Of a DNA stretch of 64,000 bases, positions 49,161 through 63,620 are shown one piece after another (within the stretch, counting starts at the first letter, position 1; each line of letters opens with the position of its first letter). The stretch is from Malacoraja senta. Taxonomy: Eukaryota. The notes beneath the pieces were generated by a model. It had not been told where the DNA came from. It was given only the letters and a program-made list of their open reading frames with translations, and made no database searches. The stretch is taken from assembly GCA_038087875.1 (NCBI GenBank), contig CM075988.1:20400001-20464000 (forward strand). Direction: 5' to 3'. The translations under genes and the position numbers were made by a program.

Positions 49161-49925
49161 TACTAGAAATGACCAATGAAATTATTACTTGCTGCAGCTT
49201 CACAGGCCCGCAATACAATAACACACAGAAAAAAAATATCAATAATACAATAAATTAATAATCATAATGCTTGGTGACCATAATAATTCAAAACTGAAGT
49301 TCAAACAAAGACACAGTCCTTAGAGGAACATAGTTGTTGAGGCAGGGTTGTGGTTAGTGTTATGTGGTGTTCAAGAGCCTGATGGTTGTTGGGAAGAAGC
49401 TGTTCTTGAACCTGATGGCCATGGTTTTCAAGCTCCTGTGCTTTCATCCTGAGGGAGCAGCGAGACGATGGGCAGTCACGGTGGCACAGCGGTAGAGTTG
49501 CTGCCTTACAGCAAAATGCAGCGCCAGAGACCCGGGTTCAATCCCGACTATGGGTGCTGTCTGTATGGAGTTTGTACGTTCTCCCCGTGATCTGCGTGGG
49601 TTTTCTCCGAGATCTTCGGTTTCCTCCCACACTCCAAAGACATACAGGTTTGTAGGTTAATTGGCTTGATTAATTGGCTTGATAAAAATGCAAAATTGTC
49701 CAAGTTGGCGATATGCGGAGTACTGCCCTGCCGACTACAAAATTCAGAAGGTTCAGAAGGACGAGAGCTTGGCCAGGGTGGTGTGGGTCTTTGATGATAT
49801 TGGCTGCTGTTTCTACACAGTACCTCCTAAGAACCCCTTTGATGGTGGAGAGGTCGGCACCTGTGATCCACCGGGTCATGTCTACCACTGTCTGGAGTCT
49901 CCTTTGTCGTGGACGTTTGAGTTGC
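49150..49925 (-). mobile_element. Rex1/Babar 3' fragment interrupted by a plus-strand HE1-like SINE (~49470-49700)
   Basis: ITGADLSTIKGVLRRYCVETAANIIKDPHHPGQAL; SINE head gtggcacagcggtagagttgctgcc. Confidence 0.75.
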
Positions 49926-50011
49926 TGCCCAGTGCGGTTCTAATGTTAGCCAAGCAAGCGAGTGATTTGGAAGTCAATATCTGTGGTGGATAAGGTCAAC
50001 TCAAGTCAACT

Positions 50012-50175
50012 TGTTTAGTTTAGAGATACAGCGCAGAAACAGACCCACCGAGCTCCTGAAGAAAACCCACGCAGGTCACGGGGAGATTGTATAAACTCAA
50101 TCCATACAGTACTCGTAGTCAGGATCGAACCCGGGTCTCTAGCACTGTAAGGCAGCAACTCCACAGCGTACTGCC
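50012..50175 (-). mobile_element. Internally deleted HE1-like SINE
   Basis: Tail and head present, middle missing. Confidence 0.8.
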
Positions 50176-50479
50176 CTTGTCTTGTCTCTCCCAAGCCATC
50201 TAAACTATATCTATTGTCAATCTTCCAGCTGCTGCCTGCCAAAACAGAAAAACAGACACATGTCTGCAAGAGACCAGATTGCTTGGTTGGGAATTGAAAT
50301 ATAAATTGTTCAAATTCTGAAATGTCCCAAAGAAAAGCCTCTTGCAAAACTAAAACAGAGTAGCACAAACTGAACATTTAACACAAGCTTTGAAGAATTG
50401 AATGTGATGCTTGTTTGAAATACGCAAGTGCAGCACAACATTTAGTTCAGTTTTAGTTTATTGACAAAGGGCTTGTTTC

Positions 50480-50634
50480 AATGTAGAAGCAAGAAAATGC
50501 CGATGCTGGTTTACAAATAGCACACAAAGTGCTGGAGTAAGTCTGAAGAAGGGTCCCGACCTGAAACGTCACCTATCTGTGTTTCTTCAGAGATTCTGCC
50601 TGACCCAGTGAGTTACTCCAGCACTTTGTGTCCT
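50480..50634. mobile_element. Partly palindromic Penelope-derived element with intact core
   Basis: CTGAAGA-AGG-GTCCCGA-CCT-GAAA-CGTC at ~50543-50570; TSD GGCTTGTTTC at 50470-50479 and 50635-50644. Confidence 0.85.
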
Positions 50635-51074
50635 GGCTTGTTTCTCTGCTGTATCTCAACAACTAAACTAAACTACAGGGAACAATCCCTCTCAATTTTG
50701 AATGGCATTCTCACTTACAGAGTAACTCGCGTTTGAGCACTGCATTGGGAATAGACTGAAATCCTGGAGAGTGGGACAAGTACAGTCCTCAAAACAGACT
50801 CTACCTAAACCAAAACTCATTTATCTTCTTTAATGATGGTTCAAGATGCTACTCACTAAGAAATCTGCTGGAGGCTGAACATCTCTTTATTAAAATACTT
50901 TTTGCATCTGAGTCAGAGGTTTGCAGGTTTGAGCTCCGGTTCAGATCTGAGTTGACGTTCAGATACACTGCTGACAGAACACTAAATTATTAGAAATACC
51001 ATGTTCTGTGTCGATGGTGAAGTGATGTCTCATCAGTTCTTTCGAATGCATAGAAAAGTATGAGGCATAATTTC

Positions 51075-51430
51075 GTAGTAGAGCTGCCTCACAACTCCGG
51101 CACAGTGGTGCAGCAGGTAGAGCCGCTGCCTCACAACTCCAGTGATGCAGGTTCACTCCCGACCTCTGGCACTCTCAGTATGGAGTTTGCACGTTCTTTC
51201 TGTGACTTTGTGGGTTATCCCTGGGCTGCTCTGGTTTCCTCCCACATCCCAAAGATGTGGGTTAATTGACCTCTGTAAATTGCCCTCAGTGTGTGAATGA
51301 GTGGTAGAATCTGGGAGAAGTTGATGGGAATGTGGGGGAAATTAAATGGGATGAGTGTAAATGGGTGGTTGATGGTCAACATGGCCTTAACGGATAGAGG
51401 GGGCCGTTTCCATGCTGGATGACTGTGACT
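51075..51430 (+). mobile_element. Older HE1-like SINE
   Basis: ggcacagtggtgcagcaggtagagccgctgcctcac...ggtttcctcccacatcccaaag. Confidence 0.8.
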
Positions 51431-52184
51431 TGGGGGAGCTGGGTCCAGTGTTTATCCCTGAACTAAATGCACAGGTTATTTGATCATTGCAATGCTATTT
51501 GCTGTCCACATTTCAGTTTCACTCGCATTGAATCACCACCACCATCAGTTTCCCATCCAAGTTTTACACCATCCTGACCTAGGTCCCTTCATCATCTCTG
51601 CGTCTCAATCCTAGTGATCCCTCCCCAACGGCATATTGGGAGCAAGTTCACCAGGCGGGCTGAGGTAGTTCAAGATGGCAGCTCACGACCACTTACTCAA
51701 GTGCAAGTTGTGATCAACATAAAGTGCTGGAGAAACTCAGCAGGTCAGGCAGCAGAGAATGGGCAGGCAACATTTCAGTCTGTACTTGCCTGCACCTTTA
51801 GTTTCCTCAGCACTTGCCTCCACTAAAGGTGAGTCCCATTCCGTAACATCGTCTGCCCATTCATCAGCCCTCCGCGGGTAATGCCTGATCCATTGAGATC
51901 TTCTAGCACTTTGAGTTTTGCTCAAGATCCCAGCATCTGCAATTCCTTGTGTCTCCAAATGGACTTTGCCAGTGGCAGGCCTCACATCTTGTGAATGTAG
52001 GTGACAGCTGGAACCTCTGAGGGAAACCTCCTCTATTACAAGGAGAACGTGTAAATTACATGCAGACAGCACCAGAAGTCAGATCTGGACTGCTTGCCAT
52101 GCAATTGAGCTGCTCATACTCTGATGATTTGGTTTAGTTTTCCTGAAATAACTTCTTCATGATAATTCACAATGGGTCTCTTAC

Positions 52185-54145
52185 CTGGAGGAGAGGAATC
52201 AAGAACCAGGGGACATAGGTTTAAGGTGTGAGGAAAAAATTTAATAGGAACCTGAGGGACAACATTTTCACACAGAGAGTGGTGGGTATATAGAATGAGT
52301 TACCAGAGGAGTTAGCTGAGGCAGGTAGTATTTTGGACAAGTTAGCATAATAGCATTTTGGACATTTTAGCATAATAGCATTTTGGACAAATACGTGGAG
52401 AGGAAAGGTTTAGAGGAAAATGGGCCAAACGCGGGTAAGTGGGACCAGTGTAGATGGGGCATGTTGGTCTGCACGGGCAAGTTGAGCCGAAGAGCTTGTG
52501 TCCGTGCTGTATGACTCCATGCATCTCTGACTCTATTTGGAGAGGAGCTGATATTCGAGAGGATGTTATTCAGACAGAGACAGTTACGAGATGCCGGCCT
52601 AATTGACAAAAAGAATATTGTCTTTGCAATGTATCCACCGAGGATAACATTGCACAGTCTCCTCAGGGCATAAGACAAAGATCAGTCAAGCACATGGCAG
52701 ATATGTGCGGTGGTAATTTAAAGACGTACTTCCTTTTCGAAAGTTTCGTCTGAGATTGCTTACAGAGGTATTCTGTACAATTGCAAGCCCCAACAGAACT
52801 GCAAAGCTGTGGGACAATTAGAGCCAAGTTAATGTACAGGTCCAGACATTCTTTAATCACACAAAAATAAGGAAAGACATCTGATGGAAGGGATCACTGC
52901 TCAGCAGTTATGACTGAGGCGGCTTTCCCGAGAGAGGGTTTGTTCTGTTTGTGTTTCCTCTGGTCAACAGGAAACTGAACCAGACATTGGGATGTCACAG
53001 GCAGGAGACAAAGTCTTTTTTACACAGAGTGTGGTGGGTGCCTGGAAGACACTGGCAGGGCTGGTGGTAGAGGCAGTTACGATGAGATTTAAGAGATTTT
53101 TGGATAGCATGTGGATATGCAGGGAATGGAGATGGATAGTGTGCAGGTAGAGGAGATTAGTTTATCGTGGCATCATGTTAAGCACAGACCTTTATGGCCA
53201 AAGAGACAATTTATGTTCTGTTCTATATTGTAAGCAGAGGTCTGAGCCTATGTTGTGGTCTAATACCATTGACTACAGGATGAATGGTCAATGCCTTTTT
53301 TCCCAGGGCAAGGGATTCAAAGACTAGAGAGCATATTCTTATGGTGAAAGGAGAAAGATTTAGAATGGAGCTGAGGGGCAATTGTTTTCACACCACAACG
53401 GGTGGTGTATATATAGAATATGTGACAGAGGAAGTTATTGAGGCAGGTACAGTTACAATGCTTGTCATGTATATGAATAAGATGGGTTTTGAGGGATATT
53501 AGGTCATCAGGTCATAAGGAATAGGAGTAGAATTAGGGCATTCGGCCCATCAAGTCTACTCCGCCATTCAATCATGGCTGATCTATTTCTTCCTCCTAAC
53601 CCCTTTGTCCTGCCTTCATCCCATAATCTCCGACACCTGTACTAATCAAGAATCTATCTATTACTGCCTTAAAAATATCCACTGACGGCCTCCATAGCCT
53701 TCTGTGGCAAAGAATTCCACAGATTCACCACCTTCTGACTGAAGAAATCTCTCCCCATCTCGTTCCAAAAAGAACACCCTTTAATTCTGAGGCCGTGACC
53801 TCTAGTCCTAGACTCTCCCACAAGTGGAAACATCCTCTCCACATCCAGTCTGTCCAAGCCCTTCACTATTCTGTAAGTTTCAATGAGGTCCCCCCTCATT
53901 CTTATAAACTCCAGCAAGTACAGGCCCAGTGCCGACAAATGCTCATCATAGGTATATGGATTAAATGGGGATGAATGGGAATAACTTAGATGAGGCATCT
54001 TGGTCAGCATGGAAGAGTTGGGCCAAAGTGTCTGTTTCCATGCTGTCTGACTCTATGGGCTAAACACAGGCAAATGGGATTAGCTCAGGAAGGCAACTTG
54101 GATGAGTAGGGCTGAAGGGGCAGATGCTGTGCTCTATCATTCAAT
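52185..54145. mobile_element. CR1 3' fragments (~52185-52535 +, 53010-53230 +, 53280-53500 +, 53502-53951 - nested, 53952-54145 +)
   Basis: ORF 53669-54010 MRGDLIETYRIVKGLDRLDVERMFPLVGESRTRGH and repeated 3' UTR motifs; unique spacer 52535-53005. Confidence 0.8.
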
Positions 54146-55359
54146 GACAGAAAAGAAACAGGACATGATGACCATCAATGCAAAGAAGGCAGATGTTTTT
54201 AAAAAAGAGACACAAAGTGCTGGAGTACCTCAATGGGACAGACAGAATCTCTGGAGAAATGGACTGGTGACGTTTCAGGTCATTTTTTAAATCACAGCCA
54301 CAGGCCATTCAAGTGAGAAAGTGAGTACGTTCTGCACTGAAATACGTCTCCTTGTGGAGAGATCTTCAAATTCGGGCACCAACGTTTCCAGCTCATCGTG
54401 GGTGACTTTGGAGAGAAAATGAATGATTCCCATCAGGGACAGTCATAGAGCTTGGAAACAGTCCCTTCGGCCCACTTTGTCCTTCCTCAGACAGAAGGGT
54501 CCCAAAACTGATGGGCTCCAATCCGAAATATCGCTTATCCACTCAGAGATGCAGGCTGACCCATTGTGTCGCTCTAGCACTTTTACTCAAGAATCCAGCA
54601 TCTGCAGTTCCTTGTGTTCTCCTTTCTAAGCAAGGCTAATCGCTGCTTGGATCTGTGGGATTCTGTGCGGAATGAACAGCCGGGGAGGGCTGAGTTTTGG
54701 TGTTGACTGTTAGCTGAAGGTGCTGGCATTCAGTGCAGAAGCAATGGGAGTAGAATCTCTAATGAGCCAAACTCCAGACTTGGAGAAAGTACATTTTGTT
54801 GTTAACTTGAGTTTCTGGAGCTTATTCCTGGTCAGACTGGGGGAGAATTAAAAAGTACCACCCTCGGGTACTGCTAAATGCAAGTATCTGTAACATATTT
54901 CAGACTAAACTACCCCCAAAACTTTTGTGCAGGGTAGCACTTCTACATGTATGTTGCACTAGGCTTCATCTCCAGAACACAGGGGGAGTGCGAGCATGTG
55001 TAAAGGACATTAAGTGTGGTAAATGAATCTGACATTGAACGCTCGAGACATTTGTATGGCACTTGTCCAGTTATTATTTTATTAGCTGTGTTACTAATAA
55101 ATGGGTTGCCACTTCTGTTAAAATAGAGTCAAGAAATCATATGTGCATGTGTATTACCAAGAGAGATTTCTGGGCTTAAGCAGCCAAATCTTATGAGCGC
55201 AGTGAAAACTTCTAACTAAAGGTTTGCTCATTTATCTTCCCAGTTAGGTTCTGCGGAGAATGTGTGTGAAAGGCATGTTGATTTTAAGGTTCTACTTGAG
55301 TTCAGCTGGTATGGTCAATTGCCTGGCAATACAGGTGCACAACACCCCTAAATGTGTTG

Positions 55360-56005
55360 CTTAGGTGGACAGTGAAGTAGGCATCTGCCATGCTTGCCTT
55401 CATTGGGACGGGTGTGGAGTACAAACGTTGGCACATCATGATGATGCAGCTGTACAAGTCGTTGGAGAGACCACACTTGTAGTACTGTGTGTAGTTCTGG
55501 TCGCCCAGCTACAGGAACGATGTCATTAAGTTGCAAAAGGTGCAGAAGACATTCACCAGAATGTTACCTGTGATTGTGGGTTATGGGGAGAATTGGTTGG
55601 ACTGGGACTTTATTCTTTGGAGCGCAGGAGGCTGAGAGGTGACCTTATTGAGGTATACATGATCATTAGGGGCATGGATAAAGTGAACGCTCACAGTTCT
55701 TTTCCAAGAGTGGGGGTTTCTAGAGAGCATAAGATTGTGAGAGGGAAGAGATTTAAGATGGACTTCAGGGGCAATCTTTTCATGCACAGGGTGGTCCATA
55801 TCTGGAATGAGCTGCTAGAAGAAGCTATAGAAGCGGGATACAATTATAACTTTAAAAGACATTTGGACAGAAGGATGGAAAGGCTTGAGAGAGCCATGGC
55901 CCAAATGCAAGCAAACGAGACTAGTTAAATATGCCAACTTGGTCAGCATAGATAAGGTGGGCTGAAGGGCCTGTTTCCATGCTGTACAGCTCTGACTCTA
56001 TGGCT
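55360..56005 (+). mobile_element. CR1 3' fragment
   Basis: LGLYSLERRRLRGDLIEVYMIIRG...HRVVHIWNELLEEAIEAG. Confidence 0.9.
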
Positions 56006-56682
56006 ACCCCTGAAGGAATCACTGTTCCATTAGTTTTCAGATTGATGGGCCCATTGGTGAGCTGGAATCTTTGGTGCCCTGAATCTTAAGATCTCTGCAC
56101 GAAGATCTTTGTGTGAAACTGCTGCTTCGCAGGTTCCTATTAAATCTTCCCCCTCTCGCCTTAAACTATATCCTCTACCTCTTGATTTCCCAACCCCGGG
56201 AAAAAGGGGTTGAATAAGCCTCACCAATGCCTTGTACAGCTACTATATAATGTCCCAACATCTGTACTCAATGCCCTTACAGATTAAGGCCAATATGCTG
56301 AAAACCTCTTCTCCACTTTGTCCACATCTGATGCCGTTTTCAGGGAATGATTTGACCAGGTGAATTGAGAACATTGTTGAACTCATAATTACTTGACTTT
56401 GCAATGTAAACCACACTGCTCTCCAAGTCCTAGTTCAAAATTAGACATCTACATCTGCCAGGCAAAGTGTTGCTTCAAATATTTCCGCACTTCCGATCCA
56501 ATATTCTTGGTGTGTGAATTCAATGAGGAGTTACAAGGCTTCACTTGCCTTCAACTCTGCCATGATGTATGTTATCAAACTGTGCCCATCTCGGCTGGGA
56601 CCTGATGTGTCTTAGCGTATATAACATACAGTAGATCAGCACAGAATAGGAATAGGCTCTTCGGCCAAGAATAACACTTATC

Positions 56683-56810
56683 TTTTTTTTTTTTTTTGTT
56701 GAAAATATTTTTTATTGGAGATAAGTACACAACATATTAACATCATTACCAGTCTTACATTTTTAAATTGATAATATTGTCAATTATTATTACATTGTCT
56801 CCAATACCTT
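56683..56810 (-). mobile_element. Short poly(A)-tailed L1-like 3' end inside a CR1 tail
   Basis: Long T-tract followed by tttatt (AATAAA on minus); resembles the end at 19272-19330. Confidence 0.5.
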
Positions 56811-56914
56811 TTGCCTGACTGCACATGATCCATAATCCATATCCCTGCAAATCCATGTGCTGAATTGAAAATAAATTTAAGCTCAAAATTTGTATTTTGT
56901 TATTTGCTTTATGG

Positions 56915-58190
56915 ACCTAGAACAGTACAGCACAGCAACAGGCCCTTCTGCCCACAATGGTTTGTGCCAAGTCCATCTCTTATCTGCCTGCATATTATCT
57001 ATATCCCTCCATTCACTGTTTATCTATGTGCTGATCTAAAAGTTTCTTAAATACTACTATTGTATCTGTCTCACCTATCACCCCCGGCAGTATGTTGCAG
57101 GCACCCGCCATCCCCAATGTAAAAAAACTTGTCCCTCATAACTCCTTAGAAACGTTGCCCCTTTCACCTTAAAACGATGCCCTCTAAAACGTGATATTTC
57201 CATCACTGGAAAGGGGTTCTGACTGTTTACCCTATCAATGCCACATATACTTCTATCACATATCCCCTCAACCTCCAGTGTTCCAGGGAAACAATCCAAG
57301 TCTGTCCAACCTCTCCCTGTAGCTAATAATCCAGGCATCATTTTAGAAAACCTCCTCCTGCACTCTCCAAAGCCTCCACCTGTAATGGGGTGACCAGAAG
57401 TGTACGTAATACTGCAAATGCTGCCTAATAGCGCCTACAAAGCTGCATCATGACTTCCTGCTCCTTATAGTCAAGGGCCCGACCAATGAAGGCAAGCATG
57501 CCTTATTTACCATTCTGTCTGCTTGTGTTGCCACTTTCAGGGAGTTATGAGTTGAGTTTAATTTATGGTCATGTGTATCAAGGTACAATGAAAAGCTTTT
57601 GTTGCGTGCTAACCAGTCAGTGGAAGGACGAAAGATGATTACAATCAAGCCATCCACAGTGTACAAATACATGATAAAGGGAATAACCTCAAGGTCCCTC
57701 TGTGTTATTGTTCCTGCCATTAATGTACATTTTCACCTTACATTCAATCCCCTCAAAGTGCAACACCTCACAATCGCTCGGATTAAACACCATTTCTCTG
57801 CCCATTTCTGGAACTGCTCTATATCCCGCTGCATACTTTGACAGCCTTCCTCACTGTCTACAACCAGCAATCATGGTGTCGACTGCAAACTTACTATCGA
57901 TACAAGATGCTGGAGTAACTCAGCGGGACAGGCTGCATCTCTGGACAGAAGGAAGGGCTGACATTTCGTGTGGAGACCCTTTATCTAAGTCATTTATGTA
58001 CATTGCAAACAACACAGCTCCCAGGACAGATCCCTGTGGAACTCAACTGGTCACAGTTCTCCAGCCTGAATATCGTCCTTCCTCCACAACCCTTTGTCTT
58101 CTATCAGGAAGCAAGTTAATCATCTTAGCTTTGCACAGGAAAGACAGCATGCCATATCCTTGGCTGCTGATCTTCTCTGCCCAGCATTAA
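56915..58190 (-). mobile_element. Degenerate CR1 RT-to-3' fragment with Rex-tail (~57550-57688) and Penelope-derived (~57898-57981) inserts
   Basis: Antisense to [23 protein letters not shown] at ~57982-58055; colinear 3' motifs. Confidence 0.8.
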
Positions 58191-59754
58191 ATTGAATCGA
58201 CCAGAGATTCCACTGACTCAAACTGCATTTAAAAACTCTAACCTACTTGATTCACTGTGTCCTAGATTAATGTTACTAAAAGATCCAATTTTCTGGCTAA
58301 GTTTCGCCTGATAGCCGCGAGGCTCTTGTTGCTATGGGTACCAACAATATAGGAAAAAGAGCACTGGTTTAAACATAGGATTATAATGGAGAAGAAACAC
58401 TTTGTGCACTAAGGAAATTATTACAATTGTTATTCAGTTATTTGGCATACTTTATTTAACCATTGACAAAGTATTCTTCAATATTCCTTGAGCAGCGGCA
58501 CAAAGAATTTGGATTGTTTTCAGTTGCCCTGGCTTCACAATAGCTTAATGGTTTCTATCTGTCCCCACCACTGCCATCCGATTGGGTAAGTGATTTATGT
58601 ACCTGGACAAAATACATCATGATTATGAGCAGTCGCTGTGTTGATTTTGGAGCCTGCATTTCAGGGATCTGATCCAGGGAGTTCAGGGTGTTGGCAGTGA
58701 TGTGTTATGCCAGCTGGCTTTGACTAAGAGAACTCATACCACCTGTAAGCAAGCTGTTTCTGTGCAAAGGGGAACAATGATGGAAATAGCCTTTTGGTTG
58801 AATACATTTTGCTATTTCCAATAACTTTGGTCCATGTAGTGCGATATTAATTTCATCAACGTCAGTAACTCTGCTTTGCATCTTGAAGCAATTGATGTTT
58901 TTGGAGCGATGTTGCCACACGGTTTGCTTCAGTGATATTGTGTCTCTGGTACAGAGCTATCAGAAAGTTGACAACTCCGAACAGGCTGCACATAGTTTCT
59001 GATGTGCATCTGGAAATATTTTGCATCCTCATAACTCATTGTTGTCATTAACAGTAATCCCAAGGTTGTCAGCGTACTCGAGAAAACCTCATCTCAGTGA
59101 GGATTCTCACAACAAGCACAGTTTTGACTGGTAGATGTATATTCTGGAACAGACATCGGAAACTGGTCACTACATTTGCTTTATACTTCGGATGTCTTGA
59201 CCACATTAGATTAGGTAATTGGATTGAATGCAGTCCAGCTAGCTATGGATAGATTCCAAGTCATTTAAACAAGTACTTTAAAAGTTGAATGTAGAACTGT
59301 TCTGATCAAGGTTTGTTGCCTTTCCTAATTACTGCCGATCAAATAGGTAAAATAGAACATATATTCACAAACTTCAATGACATATCATATGCCCGGTCAA
59401 TTCTTAACATGTCTATCTAGTGTGATTCAAAAACTCACTTAGAATGTCCCTGAAGAGTTTCAACATTGAAACTCTCCTTTGAAACATCAAGCACTGGATG
59501 GTCCTGTTAAGCCTGCTCAGGGGGGGTCGTTCATACGAGGAATCAAGAAGGGAGGAAGCAAAGAGGAAAAGAGAATCTCAAAGGTAAAGAAGCTTCAGCT
59601 GTTACAGCTCTGTCAGAGTGTACAAGGTACAGGTTTAGAGGGATATGGGCCAAATGCATGTAAGTGGGACTAGTGCACTTGGGACATATTGGCCAGTGTG
59701 GGCAAGTTGTGCCGAAGGACCTATTTCTATACATTATGACTCTATGACTATGAC

Positions 59755-60165
59755 TAACTGCAGATGCTGATTTATACAAAAAGCGTCATAAAGAACTGGA
59801 GTAACTCAATGGGTCAGGCACCATATGCGGAGAACATAAATAGGTGACGTGTCAGGTCAGGATCCTTCAGACTGAGTGTGGTGGGGTGGGGGGTGGAAGC
59901 TGGAAGAGAGGTGGGACAGAACACATTCTGCCGAGTGACAGGTGGATACAGGTGAGAGGACACTTGCTTGACAGATGGTTGGGCAAAGGCCAGGGATGAA
60001 AAGACAAAAAGTGTGAGATAAGGATTGAAGAGGTCTGAATTGTGAAGCCAGAGGAAGGAATATAGGTGGAAAGGAGATGTGGGGGGCCGGGAGAAGGGAA
60101 GAAGTTAGTTTGCATACAGGTGGGGCAGGGAGGAGAAGGGGGAAGGGAAATAGATAAATAAAAAT
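59755..60165 (-). mobile_element. Penelope-like 3' UTR/pLTR fragment
   Basis: Reverse complement of the family at 19877 and 39450; purine-rich on the plus strand. Confidence 0.75.
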
Positions 60166-60302
60166 ATATGTTTTGTAGATTAATTCTCAAACTCAGTCAG
60201 GACTGTGAATTCCCGTCCTCTGCAACAGACATACAACCACAATTCTATTGACAGGATGCCATGGTCTTACTTGTACCTAATTCTAGTCCTTATTCAAGCA
60301 GA

Positions 60303-60430
60303 AGATAGATACAAAATGCTGGAGAAACTCAGCGGGACAGGCAGTATCTCTGGAGAGGAATGGGTGACATTTCCTGTCGAGACCCTTCTTCAGACTCAAC
60401 CCGAAACATCACCCATTCCTTCTCTCCAGG
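60303..60430. mobile_element. Partly palindromic Penelope-derived element
   Basis: ctggagaggaatgggtga...cttcttcagactcaacccgaaacatcacccattccttctctccag. Confidence 0.8.
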
Positions 60431-60799
60431 CAAACTAATTCCTTTCTACTCTTTTCTTTTCAAAATGAAGACATGTGCCTTGGATTAATTATTCATGCAG
60501 GCATCATGATGTTACAGTACAATTACCAATAGAAAATACAAATCAATCCTGACTTTCATTCCATGATGGGGTAGAGGGTTGGGGGAGTGTGTACGCTGGG
60601 AACACCATTTCAAGACAAGGAGATGCCTTTAGACAGGGTTGAGCCGAATGGTCTTTACTCAGAGTTTTGAACCTTTGGATAATCCTTGTCTCATTTGGGA
60701 GGTGTGTGCAATCTGTGGCTGCTCATGTTCATAAGTTCTAGGAGCAAAATTGGGCAATTCGACCCATCAAGTCTACTCCGCCATTCAATCATGGCTGAT

Positions 60800-61885
<1,086 letters not shown>

Positions 61886-62340
61886 CCCTCGCAATCCCAT
61901 TCTCCTGCCTTCTCCCCATAACCCCTGACACCCTAATCAAGAATGTCAATCTCCGCCTTAAAAATACCCAATGACGGCCTCCACAGCCATCTGTGTAAAT
62001 GAATTCCACAGATTCACCACCCTCTGACTAAATATATTCTTCCTCTCCTCCTTTCTAAAGGTACGTCCTTTCATTCTGTGGCTATGGCCTCTGGTCCTAG
62101 ACTCTCCCACCCGTGGAAACTAGTGCTCATTTGTTGTATATCCATAACTGAGAGTGATTGATATTTGTGAATTGAAAGAATTATGGAACAGGAGATCAAG
62201 GGCATTACTATAGTGAGAGGGGGAGAACATAATGGAGATGTGTGGGGCGACTTTTTGTACACAGAGGGTGGTGGGGCCCTGGACCACATTGCCAGGGGTG
62301 GTGGTGGAGGCAGATATGATAGTGGTGTATGAGGCCTTTA

Positions 62341-62546
62341 TGGGCCTGTCCCACTTAGGCGATTTTTTGGGGCGACTATAGGCGACTGCCGCAAAATTTT
62401 CAACATGTTGACATTTTTTCGGCGACAGTGGCAACAATTTTTGCTCTCATAGGTTGTCGTAGCTTGTCGCCAGGTGTCGTAGGTGAATTCCATTAAAACT
62501 AGTCCCTGGCAGTCGCCTAAAGAGTCGCCTAAGTGGGACAGGCCGT
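62341..62546. mobile_element. PIF/Harbinger-type MITE inside a CR1 3' fragment (~62200-62660, plus)
   Basis: TIRs GGCCTGTCCCACTTAGGCGA / TCGCCTAAGTGGGACAGGCC; TTA TSD at 62338-62340 and 62547-62549; CR1 reads through when it is removed. Confidence 0.9.
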
Positions 62547-63364
62547 TTAGATAGGCACATGGAATGGAGGGATGTGGACCACTTGCAGGCAGATGAGATC
62601 AGTTCAGCTGGGTATCATGTTTGGTACAAACATTGTTCCTGTGCTGTACTGTTCTATGTTCTGTGTGTAGAGAATGGGTGAGGCACAGGATCAGGCAAGA
62701 TCTTATCAAGTGGCAAAGAAGCTCGTGTTCCTTCTGAATTAAACCCAATGCACTCGTTTGAAAACAAACAAGATAAGACAACATTTAAAACTGTTTGTCT
62801 TAACTTTTCCCATCCCCTATTGTGAATGTATCATTGACCCCAAGTGAAATTTGAGAATGAAGGGAAGAAATTGTTGGTTCCATTTTTGATTATTACATAT
62901 AAAAAAATAATACTTCCATTCAACATGTCTTCAACAGAATTAAGCATATTCAGTCATACGGTATGGAAACAGGCCCTTTGGCCCAACTTGCCCACGACCA
63001 AAATACCCATCTTAGCCATTTGCCCATATTTGGCCCATACCCATCTAAACCATTCCTATCCATGTATCTGTCCAAATGTCTTTTAAATATTGTATATTTG
63101 CTGCAAACTGTATATATTTTTTTCAAACTATATTTAAATATTTTTAAGTGTTATTTAAAGTTTGCTTATTGTCAAACTCTTTATCTAATTTCCTCAGTCT
63201 ACTAGAGGCAGCTCTCACATTCTGACTTCAGAAGCTGGTTTCATACTCTGTCATAGTACAATCTGCAGCTCCTCAATTACAAGATTAATTAACTCTTTCA
63301 TTGCACAATACCAGTCCTAAGGTGTTCCCTCAGCGGTTCACTCAATGATTCCTCAAGAAACTGA

Positions 63365-63620
63365 AGTCACAGAAACTGCAGGTAATGGAATGAAAAGCAA
63401 AAAAACGAAGTGTTGGAGGAACTCAACAGGTCAGGCAGCATCTGGGGAGGGAATGGAGAGGCGATGTTTCGGATCGAGACCCTTCTTCAGCTTGAATCAC
63501 GAAAGCACAGTTTAATACATGATCGTTGCAGGAAGGAACTGCAGATGCTGGTTTAAACCAAAGATAGACACAAAAAGCTGGAATAACTCAGTGATAACTC
63601 AGAATAACTCAGGACAGGCC
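63365..63620 (-). mobile_element. Two Penelope-derived short elements
   Basis: gatgtttcggatcgagacccttcttcag; ggaaggaactgcagatgctggtttaaacc. Confidence 0.75.
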
